Source: Candidatus Xenobia bacterium
GTDB taxonomy: Bacteria; Vulcanimicrobiota; Xenobia; Xenobiales; QWHO01
Length of the DNA: 20,514 bases
Direction of reading: 5' to 3'
Assembly (NCBI GenBank): GCA_045863235.1
Contig: BTUM01000118.1
Location: 1-20,514, forward strand
This document shows, one piece after another, positions 14,790-20,514 of this stretch. Position numbers and translations under genes: made by a program. The notes below the pieces were generated by a model. It was not told the origin of the DNA and searched no databases. It was given only the letters and a program-made list of their open reading frames with translations. How positions within the stretch are numbered: the stretch's first letter is position 1; every line of letters starts with the position of its first letter.

Positions 14790-15934
14790 GGGGAAGCCTT
14801 CGCGCCCGAGAGCGATTGTCCCCCGCCCTCCAGCTCGAGCGCCTCGAAGGCTTTCTCCCAGATCACGTGACCGGCATCCGGCCGCGCCAGGCGACGAGCA
14901 GCGGCCTGCATGGCCGCCAGCCGCTCGGGGTCGCGCAGGAGCTGGCCGAGCTTGAAGGCCAGGGTGCGCGGCTCGTAGCACCAGATCCCCACCCCTTCCT
15001 CGAGCAGGTGGTAGGTGTTGCGCTCCTCCTGGCCCGGGATCGGGTTGACCACCACCCAGGCCAGGCCCTTCTGGAACGATTCCCAGGTGGTCAGCCCACC
15101 CGGCTTTCCTACCATCAGGTCGGCCAGCTCCATGTACTCGTCCATCGCGTCGGTGAAACCCAGAACGTGCAGGTGGCGCTCGGGGTGTCGGGCCGCGTAG
15201 GCATCCAGGTCCGCCTTCAGGGCCTTGTTGCGTCCACAGGCGGTGATGACCTGCACGGGCACGGCCAGGCCCGCCAGGGCATCGAGAATCTCGGTCACGT
15301 TGGTCACCCCGAACCCTCCCGAGGAGATCAGCAGGGTGGGCAGATCGGTGCGCAACCCGTGCCTGGAAGCTAGCTCCAGGCGGTCCTTACTCAGGGCGAA
15401 GACCGGGTCGGTAGGAATCCCGCTGACCGTGATGGTGGCTGGATCGATCCCGAAGGAGGCCAGGTAGGCCCGCGCCTCCTCCACCGCCACAAAGGTGTGA
15501 TCCGAGGGGGTCGCCAGCCACATGCCGTGCACGTCGAAGTCGGTCACCACTGTAAAGATCTTGCCTGCAAAGAGCTTCTTTCGCCGTCTCAGGGCAAGCA
15601 AGGTGGAGGGCAGGAAGTGGGTGCAGAGGACCAGGTCCGGCCGGTATTCCTCCATCTCGGCGAAGAACTTGATGGCGCTCGCCTCCTCGAAGGCCGTGCG
15701 CAGGATGTCGGCGGCAAAGGGTCGGTCGGTCAGCTCGTAGATCCACTCGAACAGCACCGGAGCCTTGCCCACCATCTCCAGGTAGGCGTCCTTGTAAAGC
15801 GCCTGGAAGGGACGCGGAAAGAGCTCGAGCACGTCCAGGCTGCGCACCTTCAAAGGCGCATCACGGCCCAGCCGTTCCAGGGCCTGGGCCGCCCGCATGT
15901 GCCCGGCCCCCACCGAGGCCGACAGGATGGCCAC
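14768..15934 (-). CDS. MGDG synthase / UgtP-like diacylglycerol glycosyltransferase (GT28)
   Basis: ILSASVGAGHMRAAQAL, PDLVLCTH, TVVTDF, GIP, GGFG, ACGRN, GFTDAMDEYM, KPGGLT, PIPGQEERN. Confidence 0.92.
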   Translation of the reverse strand: MAILSASVGAGHMRAAQALERLGRDAPLKVRSLDVLELFPRPFQALYKDAYLEMVGKAPVLFEWIYELTDRPFAADILRTAFEEASAIKFFAEMEEYRPDLVLCTHFLPSTLLALRRRKKLFAGKIFTVVTDFDVHGMWLATPSDHTFVAVEEARAYLASFGIDPATITVSGIPTDPVFALSKDRLELASRHGLRTDLPTLLISSGGFGVTNVTEILDALAGLAVPVQVITACGRNKALKADLDAYAARHPERHLHVLGFTDAMDEYMELADLMVGKPGGLTTWESFQKGLAWVVVNPIPGQEERNTYHLLEEGVGIWCYEPRTLAFKLGQLLRDPERLAAMQAAARRLARPDAGHVIWEKAFEALELEGGGQSLSGAKASPCASSPP

Positions 15935-15938
15935 CCGC

Positions 15939-18900
15939 TTAGCTATCGCGGGCCGCCTTCTCAGGGGCGTCCGAATTGGCCTTCTGAGCCACCTCGAGCA
16001 CGCCGCGCTTCTTCAAGTTCTGGGCAGCCCGCAGGAAGGCCGGCACCATCAGCGGATCAAAGTGCGTGCCGGAGCCCTCCTCGATGATCTTGACCACCTT
16101 CTCGAAGGGCATGCCGCGCCGATAAGGCCGGTCGGCAAAGAGCGCGTCGAACACGTCGGCCAGGGCGATGATGCGAGCTGCCAGAGGGATCTCGTCGCCC
16201 TCGAGGTTATCCGGGTAGCCCTTGCCGTCCCAGCGCTCGTGGTGGCCGCGCACGGCGGGGCAGAGTTTGCGCAGCGACGGGAAGCGATAGAGGATTTGCT
16301 CGCCGTAGACGGGGTGCATCTTGATCAGGGCGAACTCTTCCTCGGTCAGCTTGCCGGGCTTGTGCAGGATCTCCTCGGGCACGCGCAGCTTGCCGATGTC
16401 GTGCAGCACGCCGGCACTCCACATGTCGTCGGCCGACAGCCAGCCCGAGAGCTTGTTGCGGTAGCCCTCGGAAGTCTTCGAGAGCAGGTAGTCGTGCTCG
16501 CCGATGTCCTTGAAGAGAGCGCCCAGGCGCACCTGGCTGCGAACCTCCGGGTCCTCGATGCCCAGCTCGTTGCAGAGCTCCAGCGCCAGCTCCATCACGC
16601 GCACCGAGTGCTGATGGGTGAACTCGCCCCCGGCCGCCAGCATGGCCAGGAGGTGGCTGATCACCTGCTCCTCGGTGGGTTGGTTGTCCTTGCGCGCCTT
16701 CTTGTAGACCGCGTCGATGGTGCCAGCGGCATAGCGGATCATCCGGTTCACCATCAGCTGGGGCAGCGTGCCCTCGAGCCACATCTGCACCAGCAGGTAG
16801 TTGCGGTCCACCGCCCGCAGCGGGCTGCTGGCCTCGCCCTTGAGCGAGGGCATGCCCGGTCGAGCTCCCTTCTGGGAGGCGGCCTGCTGCTGCTGGGCCA
16901 GACGGCTGGCCAGTTTCGCTTTGGAAGCTCCGGCCTTTTTCTGGCTCTTCGAGGACTCTTGAGGCTGGCTCGAGCGCTGGCTGCGGCGACCCTCTTCCGC
17001 GCGGCGGCTCTTCAGCTTGCGACCCGGCTCCTGAGCCGTTTCTCCGCCGGCGTGGGCCCCTTGCTGCTGGCGACGAGCCTGCTGTTGTTGCTGAGGCTTC
17101 CTGGCTTCCTGGGCCTGAGGACGACGGGCCTGGTTCTGGGATGGACCCGAAGGGGTATGCGGCTGGTCCGGCTCGTCTTGCTCCAGGGAGTGGAGCTGAC
17201 TCCTGGCCTTGGCGAGTTCGGCCTGAGAATTGGCCAGGCGAGCCCTGGCCTGTTGCTGCTGAGCCTCCTGCTGACGATTTGAACGCGACTCTTGCTGGCG
17301 AGAGGGCGTCTGGCTCCGTTGTTGCTGCTGGGCTGGAGCCTCGCGATGGTGCTGCGGCTCGCGGTGTTGCGTGGTGGCCGACTCGCGGTGCATGGGCTCG
17401 CTGGTGTGTCGCCTGGCAGCGATGTCCGTGACCTGGGGCTGCTGCGGGGCCAGGCGAGACGGGGTCTGCTGTTGAGCTGACTCGCGCCCAGACAGGTTTC
17501 GTCGAGCCTCGTTCTGAGCCCGCTCATCGAGCCGCTCGCGGCGCACGTCCTGGGCCTCCTGGCGACCCTGCGACTGACCTCGCCGGTCCTCATCCGGACG
17601 TCCCTGCTGTCCGCGGTCAACCTGCTGCTGGGAGGAACGATCCTCCTGGCGCTGCTGGGGACGGTCATCCTGGCGCGGGCCATACTGGGTCTGTTGCTCC
17701 TGCCTGGACGACTGCTGCGGCTGATCCTGCCGGGTCGACGGCTGATCCTGTCGGGTCGACTGCTGCGGCTGATCCTGTCGGGTCGACTGCTGGGGCTGGT
17801 CCTGCCGGGTCGACTGCTGGGGCTGGTCCTGTCGGGTCGACTGCTGCGGGCCCGGACTCGACTGCTGCTGCTGCCCGTCCTGGCGCTGTTGTTGCTGCTG
17901 CTCCTGGCGACCCTGCTGTTGCTGCTGCTGCTGCTGACCCCCACCGCCTCCCTGTCCACGGCCATCGCCTCGATCGCGATAGGTCTCCTGCTGGCTCGAG
18001 CTGGTCGAGCCCGAGCTGGTCTGGCTCTGCTGCGGCTGACCGGAGTCGCTTCGATACTTGCTCGAATCGGACTGGCTCTGACTGGATGACTGCTGCCCGC
18101 TGGAGGACTGCTGCTGACTGTCCTGACGCTGCTGTTGCTGTTGCTCCTGGCGACCCTGCTGCTGCTGTTGCTGCTGCTGGCCGCCTCCGCCCTGGCCACG
18201 ACCATCACCGCGCTCGCGATAGCCTTCCTGTTGCTGTTGCGGTTGCTGCTGCTGCTGTTGGTCGCGGCCTTGGCCGCTACCACTCTGACCGCCACGCGAA
18301 TCCTGCTGTTGAGACTGCGACTCGCTGCCGCTGCTCACGCGCTGCTGAGGTTCCTGACGCTGCTGAGGCAGCTGGGCGTCGCGTTGCACCTGGGACTGAC
18401 GGGCCGTCTCTTGCTGAGTGCGGGATTCGCTCTGGAACTGTTGACCCTTCTGTTGCTCGCGCTGCTCCTCACGGGCCGTCGCCTGTCGCTGAAAGCTGGC
18501 CTCCTGGCGGCTCGAATCAAGTTGTTGGCCCTGCTGTTGACGTGGGTCGGGCTGGCTATCGTTGCCAAATGACTGACCCTGACCATAGGCCTGCGAGTCG
18601 CTCTGGAACTGTTGCTGCTGGAACTGCTGCCGGGGGCGTTGGGCTTCTGGCTGTGGCTGGGCCTGCTGTTGCTGCTGGGGGGCCTGCGTCTGAGTCTGGG
18701 CCATCGGATTATAGCTCGAGGGAGCCTCCGGGGCCGAGGACGCGGCCGCAGCGCTCGTCGAGGAGGGTGCCGGCGAGCTGCTGGAGCTCGAACCGGAACC
18801 GCTACCGCTGCTGGTGCCCGAGCTGGCACTCGAGCTTCCCTGCCCGGGCGCCGAAGAACTGGACGAGGTGGGCGTGGGCGCGCTCGCGGATGGATCCGTA

Positions 18901-20514
18901 GAGGCCGGAGTGGTAGCGCTGGCGGGCGTGCTGGGAGTGCTGGCAGCCGGTGTCGCGGGCTGGGACGTGTTGCCAGACGGACTCGAGCTACTCGGTGTGC
19001 TGCTTGCAGGAGCCGAGCTGGCGGGAGGCGTCGACTGAGCCGAGCTGGCAGGAGTGGTCGTTGTTCCGGAACCGGGCTGGCTGGAAGTGCTGGTCGGCGT
19101 GCTGGACGATGGAGCGGCGCTCCCCTCCGTGGTATTGCTGGGCGCGCTCGAGCTGCTCGGAGCAGGATTGGAGGTGGTCGCGCTGCCCGAAGTCGGTGTG
19201 CTGGTCGGATTGCTCGACGCAGGCGTGCTGGAGGTGGTCGGACTGTTCGAGGAAGGTGTGCTTGTGTTGCTCGTCGCCGGGGCACTTCCTGAGCTATCTG
19301 GCGTGGACGTTCCAGAAGTTGGCGTACTGGAGGGCGGGGCCTGAGAGGTGGTCGGCGTGCTGGCCGAGTTCGAGGCGGGAGTCGAGCTGCTGGAAGTGGG
19401 AGCAGCAGGAGTCGAACTGCTGGATGAGGACGGAGCAGCAGGGGTCGAGCTCGTGGGGGCGGGGGTGCTGCTGGCCTGAGTCGAGGGAGCCGAGGTCGAA
19501 CCGCTGGGTTCGGCCGGAGCACTCGAGCCGGTGGTCGGCGTGGAGCTCGTCGGTGCCGGGGCCGAGCTACTGGAAGACTGGTTGGCGGGGGCGTTGCCGG
19601 GCGTGGAGCTGGCCGGGGTCGAGCTGGTAGGGGCTGGCGTCGAGCTGGTGGGAGTTGCCGGAGTCGAGCTCGATGGGGTCGTGCTCGCGGGGGTGGAACT
19701 CGTCGCGGTTGGGCTTGACGGGGTCGAGCTTGCTCCGGATGCCCCCGAATCGGCTCCCGCAGCCGGTGCCGTTCCGCTTGTGGTGGTCGGAGCAGAAGTC
19801 GAAGCCGGGGTCGAGCTGTTGGAGGTTGGGGTCGCGCTGGCCGGTGCTGATGGGGCCGAGGCTGAGCTGGTGGGAGTGGAGCTGGCTGTGGGGGTGGAGC
19901 TGCTGGCCGAGCTTGAGGGAGCCGCCGCGGTGCTTCCTGCATCCGTCGCGGTGGCAGCCGGGGTTGACGTTCCGGCGGCTGGGGCCGGTGCGGAGGGGGT
20001 GCTGCTGGAAGTAGGAGTGGTGCTGGCCGGGGTCGAGGAGGCCGGAGCTGAGCTGGCTGGAGCAGATGAGTTACTGGACGGGGCTGGTGCGCTGGTGGAG
20101 CTACTCGCAGCGGGGGTTGAACTGGCCGGCACGGCCGCGTCGGCCGCCGGAGTGGCGCTTGGGCTTGCAGCGGGTGCGGAGGCCACCGGGGTTGACGAAC
20201 TTGAGGGGGTCGAGCTTGGTGTTGAGGTAGGTGTTGAGCTGGGAGTTGAGGCTGCCGGAGTCGAGGCTGCCGGAGTCGAGGTTGACGTAGAGGTGGGGGT
20301 CGAGCTGGGGGTGGCCGAAGCCTCCACTCCTGGCGCAGCCGGAGCGCCTGCATTGGAGCTGGCCGCGGGCGCAGTGACCGGAGCACTCGAGCTTGCCGGG
20401 GTTGAACCTGCCGGAGTCGAGGCTGCCGGAGTCGAGGTTGCCGAAGTCGAGGTTGACGTTGATGTGGGCGTCGAGCTCGGGGTGGCCGAAGCCTCCACTC
20501 CTGGCGCAGCCGGA
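15939..20514 (-). CDS. Giant low-complexity protein with C-terminal HD-GYP domain (5' end outside the window)
   Basis: Frame open to the right edge (>1525 codons): about 600 aa Ser/Thr/Pro/Ala-rich, about 600 aa Gln/Arg/Ser-rich, then HSVRV, LHDIGK, HPVYG, HHERWDGKGYP, LADVFDAL, RPYR, GTHFDP. Confidence 0.92.
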   Translation of the reverse strand, partial: PAAPGVEASATPSSTPTSTSTSTSATSTPAASTPAGSTPASSSAPVTAPAASSNAGAPAAPGVEASATPSSTPTSTSTSTPAASTPAASTPSSTPTSTPSSTPSSSSTPVASAPAASPSATPAADAAVPASSTPAASSSTSAPAPSSNSSAPASSAPASSTPASTTPTSSSTPSAPAPAAGTSTPAATATDAGSTAAAPSSSASSSTPTASSTPTSSASAPSAPASATPTSNSSTPASTSAPTTTSGTAPAAGADSGASGASSTPSSPTATSSTPASTTPSSSTPATPTSSTPAPTSSTPASSTPGNAPANQSSSSSAPAPTSSTPTTGSSAPAEPSGSTSAPSTQASSTPAPTSSTPAAPSSSSSSTPAAPTSSSSTPASNSASTPTTSQAPPSSTPTSGTSTPDSSGSAPATSNTSTPSSNSPTTSSTPASSNPTSTPTSGSATTSNPAPSSSSAPSNTTEGSAAPSSSTPTSTSSQPGSGTTTTPASSAQSTPPASSAPASSTPSSSSPSGNTSQPATPAASTPSTPASATTPASTDPSASAPTPTSSSSSAPGQGSSSASSGTSSGSGSGSSSSSSPAPSSTSAAAASSAPEAPSSYNPMAQTQTQAPQQQQQAQPQPEAQRPRQQFQQQQFQSDSQAYGQGQSFGNDSQPDPRQQQGQQLDSSRQEASFQRQATAREEQREQQKGQQFQSESRTQQETARQSQVQRDAQLPQQRQEPQQRVSSGSESQSQQQDSRGGQSGSGQGRDQQQQQQPQQQQEGYRERGDGRGQGGGGQQQQQQQQGRQEQQQQQRQDSQQQSSSGQQSSSQSQSDSSKYRSDSGQPQQSQTSSGSTSSSQQETYRDRGDGRGQGGGGGQQQQQQQQGRQEQQQQQRQDGQQQQSSPGPQQSTRQDQPQQSTRQDQPQQSTRQDQPQQSTRQDQPSTRQDQPQQSSRQEQQTQYGPRQDDRPQQRQEDRSSQQQVDRGQQGRPDEDRRGQSQGRQEAQDVRRERLDERAQNEARRNLSGRESAQQQTPSRLAPQQPQVTDIAARRHTSEPMHRESATTQHREPQHHREAPAQQQQRSQTPSRQQESRSNRQQEAQQQQARARLANSQAELAKARSQLHSLEQDEPDQPHTPSGPSQNQARRPQAQEARKPQQQQQARRQQQGAHAGGETAQEPGRKLKSRRAEEGRRSQRSSQPQESSKSQKKAGASKAKLASRLAQQQQAASQKGARPGMPSLKGEASSPLRAVDRNYLLVQMWLEGTLPQLMVNRMIRYAAGTIDAVYKKARKDNQPTEEQVISHLLAMLAAGGEFTHQHSVRVMELALELCNELGIEDPEVRSQVRLGALFKDIGEHDYLLSKTSEGYRNKLSGWLSADDMWSAGVLHDIGKLRVPEEILHKPGKLTEEEFALIKMHPVYGEQILYRFPSLRKLCPAVRGHHERWDGKGYPDNLEGDEIPLAARIIALADVFDALFADRPYRRGMPFEKVVKIIEEGSGTHFDPLMVPAFLRAAQNLKKRGVLEVAQKANSDAPEKAARDS
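17698..17849 (-). repeat. Imperfect 27-bp tandem repeat encoding QQSTRQDQP
   Basis: About five to six units, one shortened by two codons, visible in DNA and protein. Confidence 0.9.
17860..18221 (-). repeat. Duplicated block YR(E/D)RGDGRGQGGGG-polyQ-GRQE-polyQ-RQD
   Basis: Two copies whose Tyr codons lie at 18221 and 17981 (240 nt apart). Confidence 0.85.
20250..20514 (-). repeat. 171-nt (57-aa) period repeat PAAPGVEASATPSSTPTSTST...
   Basis: Identical 36-mer at 20308-20343 and 20479-20514; probably continues beyond the edge. Confidence 0.85.

Noticed and set aside
14768..15934. Glycosyltransferase as the dedicated O-glycosylating enzyme of the adjacent Ser/Thr-rich protein (GtfA/B-like)
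   Set aside because: Motifs match the GT28 UgtP/MGDG lipid glycosyltransferases rather than the GT4/GT8 enzymes of serine-rich-repeat loci, and no accessory Sec genes are present.
3098..16087. Many long antisense or alternate-frame ORFs (e.g. 3632-5254, 7261-9111, 8400-10193, 10839-12155, 13419-14870)
   Set aside because: Typical stop-poor shadows in GC-rich DNA overlapping well-supported genes; Arg/Pro/Gly-rich without motifs.
17012..20386. Alternate-frame ORFs inside the giant gene (e.g. 18335-20386, 17012-18295, Leu-rich plus-strand ORFs)
   Set aside because: By-products of low-complexity codon use (CAG repeats read as CTG/Leu on the other strand).
1..20514. Apparent abundance of CTCGAG/GAGCTC/TCGA words as a dispersed repeat
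   Set aside because: Plausibly explained by Leu-Glu, Glu-Leu and Ser-Ser codon pairs; I could not compute enrichment against a codon-aware background.

Overview
GC-rich bacterial window. Gene content and the Gram-positive/cyanobacterial-type LexA-like boxes suggest a Terrabacteria-group organism (inference). Left arm: the 5' part of a minus-strand DUF222/HNH-like gene missing from the ORF track (<1-735, with a 27-bp in-frame tandem repeat), a divergent intergenic region with two SOS-box-like palindromes, then radC, a coupled plsX-recG-rsmD run and a small membrane protein. Middle: a sigma70-type promoter, a 19-codon leader ORF containing RLR/RSR motifs and an intrinsic terminator sit directly in front of a large orphan gene (attenuator-like). 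That gene runs head-on into a minus-strand membrane-protein gene with a 747-nt antisense overlap. Right arm, all minus strand (about 10.8 kb), in transcription order: a giant (>1525 aa) Ser/Thr/Pro-rich plus Gln-rich low-complexity protein ending in an HD-GYP domain, a UgtP/MGDG-type glycosyltransferase, a secreted BsuPI-domain protein, a second related HD-GYP protein, an FkbM methyltransferase, a frameshifted GspF/PilC-like gene with a truncated paralog stub, and an ECF sigma / zinc anti-sigma / membrane protein trio. Most notable: the two HD-GYP paralogs share an unusual duplicated HD helix and a common upstream segment, one of them fused to >1200 aa of predicted disorder; and the leader-peptide attenuator candidate. 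All family calls come from motif recognition by eye, not from database searches.
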